Assembly (NCBI GenBank): GCA_963715865.1
Contig: OY970280.1
Span: 224,001 to 288,000, forward strand
Source of the DNA: Candidatus Bathyarchaeota archaeon
GTDB taxonomy: Archaea; Thermoproteota; Bathyarchaeia; Bathyarchaeales; Bathycorpusculaceae
DNA: 64,000 bases
Direction: 5' to 3'
This document shows, piece after piece, positions 39,377 through 50,061 of this stretch (the first letter of the stretch is position 1; each line of letters begins with the position of its first letter). Below the pieces are notes generated by a model. The model did no database searches. It was not told the origin of the DNA and worked only from the letters and a program-made list of their open reading frames with translations. The translations under genes and the position numbers were made by a program.

Positions 39377-40831
39377 ATGACCGAACCTGTTTCTTACAAA
39401 ATCACTCCACAAGTACCACCAAGCTACATGCAAAAACTATTCGATTACATATATACTAAATATTTGCTTCCTCAAAAACAGAGATTTACTAATATTTCGC
39501 GCGAAACATCAACCCAAGGCGATTTCCTCTCATATACAATTGTTAATGCACAAGGAAAGCAACTTCTTAAGGTTGAAGTTAAAAGTGGTAATCCTATAGA
39601 ACTTAAACTAACGCCTCTTGATCCAGCAGTTTCACCCAAAGTAATTGAAGAGGCAAAACAGGATATTATAATTTCCACGCAAATATTCAAGGAAAATGCT
39701 AGAAAAGCAACGGTTTATTTTGCATGGAGAGAAGGAGAAGAAATAATTCCAGAAGCATACACAAAACCAGAGAAATCTTTCAACCGTCTCTTCCTTGAAA
39801 CTCAAGTGCTGTTTTTCATTGTCTTCATTGTTTTCGGCATGGCAATTTTCATCTCATTAACAGCCTTTTACCCCCAAGCCTTCTGGATTGCACCTATAGT
39901 TCTCATTGGCATACAGTTTATTTTTGTTTTTTTCTCCAACAATTTCATCGCCAGAACAGCCGACTGGTACATTACAAAAGACAATCCCATCATACATCTC
40001 CTAGAGTATTACTTGCCAATAAGCGAAGAAAACGATTTCAAAAAAAAGTATTCCCGAGACCAACTTTTAGCCATAAAAAAAGAAATTTACGACGAAATAC
40101 TAGCTAAACAAGGCGAAGTTGATCCTGAAGAAGCCCAAAAAATCTTCCTCAAACATGGCGTCCCATGTCAGCTGGAAAATTTGAAGGCTAAAAAAGTTAA
40201 CGTTTACGAGCTTGTAAAAAATATCGCTGACAGATTCCGTTTCCCAATGCCTAAAATTGTTGTTTCAAACACTATGGTTCCAAACGCAGCGACATCAGGG
40301 GCAAGTCCGAGCCGCGGGTTGGTTTTGATAACAACTGGGCTTCTTGTTCAGCTTGATGAAAACGAGATTCTCAGCGTTCTAGGCCACGAATTCGGTCACC
40401 TCAAAGGCAGAGACCCGCTCATCCTGTACGGGTTAGTTTCCGCAGAGTTTCTCTTCAGGTTCTACGTGTTATTTCCACTTTTCCCCTTGATTTTCTCGAC
40501 TTTCCTGTTCTTCGTTTACTTCTGGGCTGTCATGGTGGTAATATTCTTCATTGCAAAATTCTTTGAAGCCCGAGCTGATTTAGTCTCCGCCATTATGGTT
40601 GGGACCCCACAAGTTTTAGCTGGTTCTCTTGAAAAAATCGGTTTCCAGCGGTTGCTATATGAGCGGACGCCTTCATTCCGTGTTCAAGAATGGCTAGGTT
40701 TAGATCCTCATCCGCCCATATATTTTAGAGTGGACCGCTTAGAGAAGCTTTCACCTGAGAAAATAAGGCATCCGTTGCTTCAATCAATTAAAGATGTTAT
40801 TAAAGGATTTATTGCCGCCTTGAAAAGTTAA
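39377..40831 (+). CDS. M48 (HtpX-like) membrane zinc metalloprotease
   Basis: PNA, HEFGH, FEARAD and HPP motifs with TM segments. Confidence 0.88.
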   Translation: MTEPVSYKITPQVPPSYMQKLFDYIYTKYLLPQKQRFTNISRETSTQGDFLSYTIVNAQGKQLLKVEVKSGNPIELKLTPLDPAVSPKVIEEAKQDIIISTQIFKENARKATVYFAWREGEEIIPEAYTKPEKSFNRLFLETQVLFFIVFIVFGMAIFISLTAFYPQAFWIAPIVLIGIQFIFVFFSNNFIARTADWYITKDNPIIHLLEYYLPISEENDFKKKYSRDQLLAIKKEIYDEILAKQGEVDPEEAQKIFLKHGVPCQLENLKAKKVNVYELVKNIADRFRFPMPKIVVSNTMVPNAATSGASPSRGLVLITTGLLVQLDENEILSVLGHEFGHLKGRDPLILYGLVSAEFLFRFYVLFPLFPLIFSTFLFFVYFWAVMVVIFFIAKFFEARADLVSAIMVGTPQVLAGSLEKIGFQRLLYERTPSFRVQEWLGLDPHPPIYFRVDRLEKLSPEKIRHPLLQSIKDVIKGFIAALKS

Positions 40832-40928
40832 ATTCTTGCTTCTGCTCCCTTTTTGCATTTCTTCGCGAAAGGCTTATCCGTCTGTTTAAGTTCTAATTTA
40901 CAAGTCAATTTCTGGAGATGTTTACATA

Positions 40929-41873
40929 GTGAGCTATTCCGTGCAGTTAATTGGTCCTGAAGAAAAAGACAGCCTCTTCGAAACTTACGTGCCCAGATTG
41001 CTTTATACAAGCAAAGCTGAAATTTACGGTTGCTGCATTAAATTATTAACAGAGTCTGAAGAGACTAGAACTAAATGGGAAGACAACTTTTACACGGCAA
41101 ACGAAAACACTCGGTCTCATGGACGACTTATAGTAATTAATGAGCCAGGTCAACCTTTAAGCGTAAAATATGACCCGTACACTAAGACCGCTTTTTTGGT
41201 TAACGTTGACTACTACGGGTGGATAAAAAGCATCGCCCTTGCAGTCGCCGGCGACGTTTTAGAGGATGAACACAGGATCTACTCCGTACATGGCGCCGCG
41301 ATAGACGTTGGTTGTTTAGGAGTCTCAATAATTGCTCCTTCAGGCACGGGTAAAACAACGCATTCATGGGGCTTATTGCTTACCAAAAATGCTAGGTTAA
41401 TTTCGGATGATTGGTATTTCGTTAGGCTTTCCAGTCAATTGCCATTAGCGTTTGGTTCCGAAAAAAACTGCTACATTGAAGCGGACATAGGCAAAATATG
41501 GAACACGTACGAACAATTAGTTGATAAAGCGCAGTTCGACCAAAGAGGCAGGGCAGTAGTGAATGTACGGTGGATTGTAGGCAGCGGCGGCGTGATTCCG
41601 ATGGCAACATTACAAAAAATAATCCTGTTGAAGAGAGACCCCCAAGACAAGAACATCGTGACCCCCTTGAATGTGAATGAAGCATTGCAGTTCATGTTAG
41701 AGCGCAACTTTTGCAATCCGCACCAACTAGTAAGAGATGATAGAAAAATCGAGCTTAGAAAAAACTTCTTTCGAAGGCTCTTCGAACAAACCGACGTTTA
41801 CCTTGTGAACACAACTGGAACCCCGCAGGCTACGCAAGATGAGATTAGAAGGGTTCTTTCAGTGAAAAAGTAA
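40929..41873 (+). CDS. HPr-kinase/PEPCK-like P-loop protein
   Basis: VHGAA, APSGTGKTT, LISDDW and NPH motifs. Confidence 0.7.
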   Translation: MSYSVQLIGPEEKDSLFETYVPRLLYTSKAEIYGCCIKLLTESEETRTKWEDNFYTANENTRSHGRLIVINEPGQPLSVKYDPYTKTAFLVNVDYYGWIKSIALAVAGDVLEDEHRIYSVHGAAIDVGCLGVSIIAPSGTGKTTHSWGLLLTKNARLISDDWYFVRLSSQLPLAFGSEKNCYIEADIGKIWNTYEQLVDKAQFDQRGRAVVNVRWIVGSGGVIPMATLQKIILLKRDPQDKNIVTPLNVNEALQFMLERNFCNPHQLVRDDRKIELRKNFFRRLFEQTDVYLVNTTGTPQATQDEIRRVLSVKK

Positions 41874-41943
41874 CATTTCAATGCAAAAAAATAATAAAGC
41901 TTCACAACCGAGTTAGCTCTCACTTGAAGGAGGCAAAAACTGT

Positions 41944-43221
41944 TTGAAGTTAATTTACGTTGTAATAGACGGAATGGGAGATTTACCAATCAAAGCTTTA
42001 GGCAACAAAACCCCCTTGGAGGCAGCTGAAACTCCGAACATGGACGCTCTTGCCAGAAATGGAAAAACTGGCTTGATGTACTCAGTAAAGAAGGGTGTTG
42101 CGCCAGAGAGCGACGTAGCTGTTATTTCGCTTTTAGGTTATGACCCTTTCAAGTACAGCACAGGCAGAGGCGTTATCGAAGCCGCGGGAGCAGGCTTAAA
42201 AATGAAGGATGGCGACTTAGCGTTAAGGTGCAACTTTGCAACTTTAGGCCAAAGAAAAACCATAATTGACCGCCGAGTTGCAAGAAGCTTAACCACCGAA
42301 GAAGCCACTGAGCTAAGTGAGGCTGCTAACGAGAAAGTTAAGCTTGAATCTTATCCTGCCACGTTTGAGTTCAGGAACACGCAGGGGCACAGGGCAGTTC
42401 TATTAATAAAAAGCAAGGGGAAGCCTCTTTCAAGCAACATAACAAACAGCGACCCAGCTTACACAATAGTTAACGGGATTGGAGTGGCGCGGGCTAAGGT
42501 TGAAATGGTGCTTAAAACCTGCGAACCCACTGATAATACTGAAGAAGCAAAAGTATCCGCAGCGCTAGTAAACGAGTTTATTGAGAAGGCCCATAAATTG
42601 TGGGAAAATCACCCTGTGAACTTGAAGCGTGCGGCTGAGGGCAAGCTTAAGGCAAACGTTGTTTTAACTCGAGACGCAGGACATCTGTTGCCAAAGTTCT
42701 TCAATATTAACAAGCGGTACCATGTTAATTTTGCAGCTTTGTCGGATATGCATGCTGAACGCGGCATAGCGCAACTTGCAGGCATGAACTCCATGCTTTT
42801 GCCGCCGCCTTCAGATAACCTCCAAAAAGACTGTGAAGTAAGAGTCAAAGCCTTGCTCGATGTGCTGCCTAAGCATGATTGTTTCTACATTCACCTTAAA
42901 GGTCCAGACGAACCGGGGCATGATGGCAACTGCATCTTAAAAACGCAGATTATCTCAGCCATCGACAAATACTTCTTTGGACCATTGCTAAAGCAGATTT
43001 CTCTCGAAGACAACCTTATCTGCATAACCACCGACCATGCGACGCCTTGCTCACTAAAAGTGCACAGTGACACACCTGTTCCCGTGTTAATTTCAGGCGA
43101 CAAAGTAGACGACGGCAAAGCTTGCAAGTTCTCTGAGAAAGAATGCGCGAAAGGAAGCTTAGGCATTTTAGAACGTGGATGCGAATTATTGCCAAAACTT
43201 ATGGGGATGCTGAAAAACTAA
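41944..43221 (+). CDS. apgM: 2,3-BPG-independent phosphoglycerate mutase (archaeal)
   Basis: DGMGD, PESD, GRG..EA, KGPDEPGHDG and DHATP motifs. Confidence 0.93.
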   Translation: MKLIYVVIDGMGDLPIKALGNKTPLEAAETPNMDALARNGKTGLMYSVKKGVAPESDVAVISLLGYDPFKYSTGRGVIEAAGAGLKMKDGDLALRCNFATLGQRKTIIDRRVARSLTTEEATELSEAANEKVKLESYPATFEFRNTQGHRAVLLIKSKGKPLSSNITNSDPAYTIVNGIGVARAKVEMVLKTCEPTDNTEEAKVSAALVNEFIEKAHKLWENHPVNLKRAAEGKLKANVVLTRDAGHLLPKFFNINKRYHVNFAALSDMHAERGIAQLAGMNSMLLPPPSDNLQKDCEVRVKALLDVLPKHDCFYIHLKGPDEPGHDGNCILKTQIISAIDKYFFGPLLKQISLEDNLICITTDHATPCSLKVHSDTPVPVLISGDKVDDGKACKFSEKECAKGSLGILERGCELLPKLMGMLKN

Positions 43222-43356
43222 AGCTGCAAAATTAATTTCAAACTAAAGATATTGCAGAAATTCAGAACGTATGTTTCCAAGCGGAGACTAAGCAACAGCA
43301 TCAAAGTAAAGTTAACCTTTAAGTATTTTAGCAAATAATCTTTATTTGGTGTCGTT

Positions 43357-44136
43357 TTGACGGAATTAAATGCTAATTTACTCCGTTTTGGAAACATCGC
43401 TGCTTTCATTGTAACGCTTGCAATTAATGGCTTAGCAAACACTACAGTGCTTAATGGCAGAACAACCGGTCAAGTTTCGAATTTGTACCCAACCTTGGTT
43501 ACGCCCGCAGGCTACGTTTTCGCTATTTGGGGCATAATCTATGTTCTTCTGTTAGCGTTCGTTATTTACCAAGCCTTGCCAAGCCAAAAAGATAAGCTGT
43601 TTCAAAAGCAAATCGGATTGATTTTTATTTTAAGCAGCTTATTTAACTGTGTCTGGCTTTTTCTCTGGCAGTACGACTTCATCACTGTGTCAGTAATTGT
43701 AATGTTCGCGCTTTTGGCAACATTAATTGCCATTTACTTGCGCTTGAATATTGGAAAAGCAAAGGTTTCATTGAAAGAGAAATTATTAGTGCATCTGCCG
43801 TTCAGCGTTTATCTTGGCTGGATAACCATTGCAGCCATCGCCAACGTTGCATCAGCACTGGTCTCTGTAAATTGGGATGGTTTTGGCTTAAGCCCTGAAA
43901 TATGGGCAGTAACCATGCTAATCGTTGCCTTGGTTGTAACGTTGGCAGTTATAGTTAAGCGAAGAGACATAGCCTACAGCCTAGTGATTGTTTGGGCGCT
44001 CGGGGGCATCGCAGTAAAACAAAATACTAGCCAAAACATCGTTACAACCGCTGAAATAGCCATCGGTGTTATCCTGATTGCTTTAGCACTTGCAATAGCA
44101 ATCTACAGATTAAGATATAGAAAAAAAGCTGTTTGA
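43357..44136 (+). CDS. TspO/MBR-related tryptophan-rich membrane protein
   Basis: TPAGYVFAIWGIIY, PFSVYLGWITIA and multiple TM segments. Confidence 0.75.
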   Translation: MTELNANLLRFGNIAAFIVTLAINGLANTTVLNGRTTGQVSNLYPTLVTPAGYVFAIWGIIYVLLLAFVIYQALPSQKDKLFQKQIGLIFILSSLFNCVWLFLWQYDFITVSVIVMFALLATLIAIYLRLNIGKAKVSLKEKLLVHLPFSVYLGWITIAAIANVASALVSVNWDGFGLSPEIWAVTMLIVALVVTLAVIVKRRDIAYSLVIVWALGGIAVKQNTSQNIVTTAEIAIGVILIALALAIAIYRLRYRKKAV

Positions 44137-44336
44137 AAATCGAAAGCTTACAGGAAGTATTCAGAAAAACTCGCTTGGATTTCAACTGTTTCTTAATCAT
44201 TTAGGCCTTGCATTATCTTTAATTTTTACTCAATGCAAGCGCCGATATTCCAAACTAATTTCAGGGGCTATGCGGAATTCCAAAGTAATACCATGTACCT
44301 TTAATAAAAGCTGATACTAAAGAATGGGGAAGAAAC

Positions 44337-44672
44337 ATGGCTTACTTGCGAGAAGAAAAAGAGAACCTTGAAGTCTCATACCCTCTTAACGCGATTTGGG
44401 AAGCTATTCCAAAAGTAATCGCTAAGCTTGATTGGAAAATACAAGAAACAAGCGAAGAGACACATCACCTTAAAGTTAAAACTAAAGGCGGCTTCATATC
44501 CTACCCCTCAACGCTCAAAATTGACTTGTCAGCGATAGATGAGAAGACGACGCGAATGTCTATTGCGGTGGAGACTCCTGTGACTACGATTACTTCAGTG
44601 GCAGATTATGGCAGGACAAGAGAACGCACTGAACAGTTCGTGACAACACTTGCCAAGCTAATGAGCGGCTAA
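44337..44672 (+). CDS. Hypothetical protein
   Basis: 111-aa ORF with a good start context. Confidence 0.7.
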   Translation: MAYLREEKENLEVSYPLNAIWEAIPKVIAKLDWKIQETSEETHHLKVKTKGGFISYPSTLKIDLSAIDEKTTRMSIAVETPVTTITSVADYGRTRERTEQFVTTLAKLMSG

Positions 44673-44680
44673 AGCGTTTT

Positions 44681-45637
44681 TTATTCAAGTATCTGAGATC
44701 TCTTTAGCGCAATCCAAGCGATGAATAGGAAGACAAAGATGTACACGAATGCTACACCTAACGCTCTTAGGGCAATTAGTGAGGTTGGTTCAGTGTAGAG
44801 TACCCCAGTGGTTGGCAGCGTTGTTTGTCCTGCTTGGATTGCTTGCAGGTTTATTTTGCTAAAGGTAACGTTTCCTGAAGGATAAAGTACATAGTTCACT
44901 ATGTTAACGCCTATATTATCTGTACCAGTGCTTATCGACATTGTTGTGTTGCCAACAAGCATTGATCCGCCTGCACCGCTTCCAGGCAGATAATTTAGAG
45001 ATTGAGAAGGACCTGCAAACACTGAAACGATTGGTAGAGCTATGAACAGGGCTAAAAACAAGCCCAAAGCTACTAGAACGGTAATGATGGTGTTTTTTGT
45101 TAGGGAACCCATTGCCAATAGTAATGAGACCCATATGAATGTGCTTATTAGGTTTCCAAGCAGGACTAGAGGTACAAGTTGAAGGTTGTTTTGTGGTCCG
45201 TAGACAAAGATCGAACCGACTGTAGTGTAAGTAAATAATATCGCATATGAAATAAGAATGATTACAAATGCTGCAAAGAGTTTACCTAAGAAAACCATCG
45301 TCCGCGAGACAGGTTTTGTTAACAATGGCACGATAGTGCCGCTTTCAAACTCGCTTGAGATGCTGTTCATGGCTGTAGCAAGGGCAAAGAGGAAAAATCC
45401 GAAGCTGCTGGCGCCATAAGTTATTGCAAAGTTTGGGTCAGCCGTTATTGCTGTTCCGGTTGTTGAACTGAGGATAGATGGCAATACTAAGCCTAATGTG
45501 GCTAAGACAAATGCTATTATAATGACGCCTATGAATTTCTTTTTTCTGATATTCCAGAGCATTTCATATCTTACTATCGCCCAGAAACGCGTGAACCAGC
45601 TTGGGCGTGTTCCAGTGGCTTGTTGCATTGCGGTCAT
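44681..45637 (-). CDS. ABC-2 type transporter permease
   Basis: SISSEFESGTI..LLTKPVSR..VFLGK and about 6 TM segments. Confidence 0.9.
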   Translation of the reverse strand: MTAMQQATGTRPSWFTRFWAIVRYEMLWNIRKKKFIGVIIIAFVLATLGLVLPSILSSTTGTAITADPNFAITYGASSFGFFLFALATAMNSISSEFESGTIVPLLTKPVSRTMVFLGKLFAAFVIILISYAILFTYTTVGSIFVYGPQNNLQLVPLVLLGNLISTFIWVSLLLAMGSLTKNTIITVLVALGLFLALFIALPIVSVFAGPSQSLNYLPGSGAGGSMLVGNTTMSISTGTDNIGVNIVNYVLYPSGNVTFSKINLQAIQAGQTTLPTTGVLYTEPTSLIALRALGVAFVYIFVFLFIAWIALKRSQILE

Positions 45638-46584
45638 TGTGGTTTTTCTCCTTTGTCTTTACTGACAAGTTGAATAAAGATGTCTTCTAAGTTTGATGTT
45701 TTTTGGCTCATGCCCACAATCACTCCGCCAGCCCCTGTTATTTCTTTGGAAACCTGCGCCCGCACATCATCATAGGTGGTTACCTGAATATACAAGGTGC
45801 TACCTGTTTTCCAAGTGCCTGAGACAAAAGGCAACTTCTTTACTGCCGCAATAACCTCATTCGAAAGGTTAGCTAATTCAATATGCATCATGGCGGGTCC
45901 AAGTGCACCTGAAATGTTCTGAAGAGTATCAGATGCTAGAACTGAGCCCTTATTGATGATGGTAACATGATCGCAGATTTGCTCAACCTCAAAAAGCAAG
46001 TGTGATGACAGGAAAACGGTCACGCCCTCTTTTGAAATAGTTTTCATGAGTTCTCGGACTTCAACCATGCCAACCGGGTCTAAACCAATGCTTGGCTCAT
46101 CCAAAATAACCAGTTCCGGATTATTTAGCAGTGCTTGGGCGATGCCGATGCGTTGCTGCATGCCCTTGCTGTATTTTCCGATGAGGTCGTTTTCTCTGCC
46201 TTTTAAGCCGACTGATTCGATTAGTTTGGGGATTTGTTCTGCCCTTTGCTGCTGTGTCATGCCGTACATTCGCCCGTAAATATCGAGCAATTCGGCGCCT
46301 TTCAGGTGCTTGGGGAACTTGGGCAGCTCAGGCATGTAACCGATATTTAAGCGTGAATCTGCTTGGTCAGCGTGCACTTCTTGCCCTAACACTTTAACTG
46401 AACCTTCAGTGGGTTTTAGTAGGCCGACTAGGATTTTTATGGTGGTTGTTTTTCCAGCGCCGTTTGGACCTAGAAAGCCGTGGATAGTGTTTTTTTGCAC
46501 TTTGAGGCTTAGCTTGTTTACTGCTGTTAAGGAACCGAAGTTTTTTGTTAGATTTTCTGTTTCGATGGCGTAATCCATGGGCAA
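45634..46584 (-). CDS. ABC transporter ATP-binding protein
   Basis: GPNGAGKTT, YSKGM, LDEP and SSH motifs. Confidence 0.95.
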   Translation of the reverse strand: MPMDYAIETENLTKNFGSLTAVNKLSLKVQKNTIHGFLGPNGAGKTTTIKILVGLLKPTEGSVKVLGQEVHADQADSRLNIGYMPELPKFPKHLKGAELLDIYGRMYGMTQQQRAEQIPKLIESVGLKGRENDLIGKYSKGMQQRIGIAQALLNNPELVILDEPSIGLDPVGMVEVRELMKTISKEGVTVFLSSHLLFEVEQICDHVTIINKGSVLASDTLQNISGALGPAMMHIELANLSNEVIAAVKKLPFVSGTWKTGSTLYIQVTTYDDVRAQVSKEITGAGGVIVGMSQKTSNLEDIFIQLVSKDKGEKPQ

Positions 46585-46732
46585 GTGCTCCTTTTCAATG
46601 CCTTTAGGTAGGCGTTTTAATATAAGCTTTGACTAGCCCTGCCTTCTTTTGGTTTTAGAGAAAGAATAGCTTAAACCCGATAAGATTAGTGTAAAAAGTT
46701 ATATGAATTCTTCGGTCTGATTAATCCATTAC

Positions 46733-47152
46733 TTGACGGTGTACTGCATGAGTAACAAGCATAACCCAATCACTTACAAAGGCAGAAGCTTAGGCATTAT
46801 TGTTTTAACTGCCGCTCAACTGCTTATTGGCGCCATACATGTTTTCTTCGGGTTACTACTTCTTGCGTTCGAGGCATCGATTTTGCAGGCAACAGTGACC
46901 TATGATATTTATACGGTGGTTTTCGGTTTGTTGGTTTTAGTTTTTGCCGTGTTTGTTTGGCAGGGCAAAAAAGCAGGATGGATTGGCACCGTTGCAGTTT
47001 CATTATTCGTCATTGCGGCAGATACTTTAACGGTGTTGGATCTGCCAAGCATCCCGGGAATTCCAAAGTCAGCAGCGTTAACTGAGATAGCGTATAGCAT
47101 GTTGATTGTAATTTACTTGTCTGCGGGTCATGTTAGAAAGAAATTTTTGTGA
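46733..47152 (+). CDS. Hypothetical membrane protein
   Basis: Four TM segments. Confidence 0.7.
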   Translation: MTVYCMSNKHNPITYKGRSLGIIVLTAAQLLIGAIHVFFGLLLLAFEASILQATVTYDIYTVVFGLLVLVFAVFVWQGKKAGWIGTVAVSLFVIAADTLTVLDLPSIPGIPKSAALTEIAYSMLIVIYLSAGHVRKKFL

Positions 47153-47156
47153 TAAG

Positions 47157-47906
47157 TTAAGGGTTTGTTGAAGTCCTCTTCATCCAATCGTGCCCAAAAA
47201 TTTCAGCTTCCCCACTTTCAATGCCCTCAACTATCCGTTGCGCTGTGTACTCTGGCGGGTCCGCTTTCTTGAACGCTTCCTGCGCTTCAGGCGTTTCTTC
47301 ATGCCCTTGAACTGAAGCGTCTTTGATGGTGTTCTTATCAAAATCAGTAAGTGTAATGTACGGATAAACAACGCTGACAATTATGTTGTCTTTTTCAAGT
47401 TCTTCTCTTGCAGTTAAGCTGATGTGAGCTAACGCCCGCTTTAACCCTGAATATGGACCGTTATTAGGCAAGTACATCAAGGCAGTTCCTGAGCTTACGT
47501 TAATGATTGTTCCTCCACCATGCTTACGCATAAGCGGAATAGCTTCTTTCATGGCAACCACTGGACCGACAACATCCAAATCAAAAATATAATGGAAAAT
47601 CTCAATATCCGTCCGCTCTACTGGCACATCGTACCCGCGACCAGCATTATTTATCAAAATGTCAACCCTTCCAAAGTGCTCATACGCCTGCTTAACCATG
47701 TTCTTAACATCTTCAACCTTAGAAATATCCGCAATAACCGCAAACGCATCGGGCAGTTCCTTGGCAAGCTGCTCAAGCTTGTCTTTTGAGCGGGCGACCA
47801 AAACCAGCTTGGCGCCTTTGCTGGAAAGAAGTTTAGCTGTGGCTAATCCGATGCCTGAAGATGCCCCAGTTACAATGGCAACTTTCCCTTTGACGTCCAT
47901 ATCCAT
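47157..47906 (-). CDS. Short-chain dehydrogenase/reductase
   Basis: TGASSGIG, NNAG and YSGLK motifs. Confidence 0.92.
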   Translation of the reverse strand: MDMDVKGKVAIVTGASSGIGLATAKLLSSKGAKLVLVARSKDKLEQLAKELPDAFAVIADISKVEDVKNMVKQAYEHFGRVDILINNAGRGYDVPVERTDIEIFHYIFDLDVVGPVVAMKEAIPLMRKHGGGTIINVSSGTALMYLPNNGPYSGLKRALAHISLTAREELEKDNIIVSVVYPYITLTDFDKNTIKDASVQGHEETPEAQEAFKKADPPEYTAQRIVEGIESGEAEIFGHDWMKRTSTNP

Positions 47907-48165
47907 AAAACTTCCATTGTATAGGGAGATCAGGGGTTTATAAAAACAATTCTCTGGCAGAAAAGGTCAAAAAGGCTTGTTTGAGAAGCCACTGGTCAGG
48001 GGGATAACCTCTTTTTTGACATAGTTCTCCTAGCTAAAAAGATATCTACCCGGTCAATTTAGATGGAAAAATCCATCAACAAAATTGATCTACCCTACCC
48101 TTCTCCGCCGAACGCTGAAAAATCCCTCTGAAGAATCAACTATGTAATTGTCTGGAAAGCATCAA

Positions 48166-48576
48166 TTACATGATTTTCTCCTGAAGTGTTTTCAAATATG
48201 AAGTCAAGCTTTCAATGCATTGGATTTCTCGACCAACCAACGCTTGCAACTCCCGCCAAAACCTTGTATTCGCTTTAATTTTTGCCGGTTCCAAGTTATG
48301 TTTCAGGCGCACGGTGCCTTCTTTGCCTCTTCTGTCAAAGTCTAAGAGAAGAATAACTTCTTGGGCGCCAAGTTTTTCTATTTCTGCGGTTGCTTCTATG
48401 AAGGATTTGCCGCCAGTTTTCGCCGTCAATATTTTGCCGTTAACGCCTAACTCGCGGAGGGCTTGGGCGTCTTTTTTGCCCTCAACAATTATCGGCTTTC
48501 CCTTTGCTGACTCTTCAGTTAATGCAGCTATGACGCGCTGGATTTTTTCTTCTTTCTCTTTAAACTTTGTTGACAA
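48166..48576 (-). CDS. Small TOPRIM-domain protein
   Basis: IIVEGKKD and LLDFDRRG motifs. Confidence 0.85.
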   Translation of the reverse strand: MSTKFKEKEEKIQRVIAALTEESAKGKPIIVEGKKDAQALRELGVNGKILTAKTGGKSFIEATAEIEKLGAQEVILLLDFDRRGKEGTVRLKHNLEPAKIKANTRFWRELQALVGREIQCIESLTSYLKTLQEKIM

Positions 48577-48581
48577 ACATT

Positions 48582-49670
48582 TTACCTTGTAACTTTAGCT
48601 TGCCGCACAGTCTCCAAACAATCTTTCGCTTCCATGTTATTTACAAAGTAACGTCTAACAGGCTCCAATATGCCTGCGAGTTCGGTTGCAACGCTGTTTT
48701 TCAGGTCTTGAGGATGCAGTTTACCCTGCGCATATGCGGATTCGAGTTCTTGGAAGCTTTGGAACTCTATGTTTCCTCCGAATTTTGCTGGGCGCTCGAT
48801 TTTGAATACTGGTTTTTCTCTGAAGATTATGTATTTGCAGATGTCCAGTACTGGGTTGAATTTTACGGTTTTTTCTGGACAGAAAGCTTTCGCCATTTTT
48901 TGCTTTATTTCCTCGGGGGTGTCGTATATGAAAATGCATGTTCCAGGCTTGCTTTTTGACATCTTGGCTGAAGCCACAGCTTCTTTTTCCTGTCCCTCTG
49001 GAATCGGCCAGAGTTTAGGCTTCTCCAAACCTTGCAGTAAATGATGGTGAACGCAGACGGGTTTCCAGCACCCGATTTTTTCGCCTATCTCTCGGGCAAC
49101 AACGTTTGCTTTTCGCTGGTCCATGCCTAACTGGCAAATTTTTACTTTCATGTGGAAAATGTCTGCAACTTGCATGGGCGTATACAGGTAATCTGAAACA
49201 TAATGGGCTTCAGCCTCTTTTCTCCCCGCAATCTCCAGCGTTCGGGTGGTTCTGGCAATGGTTAAGTTTTTTGCGATTATGACTGTTTTAGCCCAATAAT
49301 CAATGTCTCTATATAGTTCATCAGAATAAATGAACTCAACTTTGTCACCGGGCACGCCGAGGGCAAGCCACGAGTGCCTAAAAAGGTCTGCGGCTTTGCG
49401 GATAAGCGTTAAATCTCCGCCTAACTTGTTGTTTAACCATGCGTGCCACGTTGCCAAAAACGCTTTGAAGTGTACGCCTGCTTCTGCGAAGTCTTTCATT
49501 TTGTAAGCGCAAATAACGCCTGTTCCCAAATGGGCTAAGCCTGAGGGTTCCCAGCCGTTATATGCGATGGGATGTTCCTCAGTTTCTAATAGTTTCCTTA
49601 AGTCTTCTGTGGTTACCACTTCTTCTGTAGGTGGTCTGCTGATTAACTCGATTTTCTTTTCTATGTCCAA
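48582..49670 (-). CDS. tyrS: Tyrosyl-tRNA synthetase
   Basis: GWEPSGLAHLG, YTPMQVAD, GMDQRK and KMSKS motifs. Confidence 0.95.
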   Translation of the reverse strand: MDIEKKIELISRPPTEEVVTTEDLRKLLETEEHPIAYNGWEPSGLAHLGTGVICAYKMKDFAEAGVHFKAFLATWHAWLNNKLGGDLTLIRKAADLFRHSWLALGVPGDKVEFIYSDELYRDIDYWAKTVIIAKNLTIARTTRTLEIAGRKEAEAHYVSDYLYTPMQVADIFHMKVKICQLGMDQRKANVVAREIGEKIGCWKPVCVHHHLLQGLEKPKLWPIPEGQEKEAVASAKMSKSKPGTCIFIYDTPEEIKQKMAKAFCPEKTVKFNPVLDICKYIIFREKPVFKIERPAKFGGNIEFQSFQELESAYAQGKLHPQDLKNSVATELAGILEPVRRYFVNNMEAKDCLETVRQAKVTR

Positions 49671-49755
49671 ATTGCACCAGCTTCTCAGTGTTTCATAGCT
49701 TTAATGTGGGTGTTGAACTTAAAAATTTAGTATGTTTTTCCTTGATTTATGAGGT

Positions 49756-50061
49756 TTAGGGCTTGATTCTTTTTGTGAAACGTATCATGTACGTTTTCTC
49801 GTCGATATTTTTTGTACGGCTGTCAATTAGCCCCTGTTTTATTGCTTCGTTTATGGCTTGGTTGAATGACACGGGCTGAGGATTTGCGGCTTTTTTGTTT
49901 TTTATGATTATCCAGATTTCATGATGCTTGTCTTTGTTTTCTTCGAAAAACCGTTTAAGCTCTGATATGTTTTGGGGTTCAAAAGTTACAGATTCAGCCA
50001 TAGCTTGCCTCTTTTCTTTAGCTTTCTTCGCGGGCTGTTTGTTTCCCACGTAACCTAACAC
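49756..50061 (-). CDS. YdeI/OmpD-associated family N-terminal domain (short)
   Basis: EIWIII.K...V....A..EA...G.IDS......Y..RFT.R pattern. Confidence 0.65.
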   Translation of the reverse strand: MLGYVGNKQPAKKAKEKRQAMAESVTFEPQNISELKRFFEENKDKHHEIWIIIKNKKAANPQPVSFNQAINEAIKQGLIDSRTKNIDEKTYMIRFTKRIKP

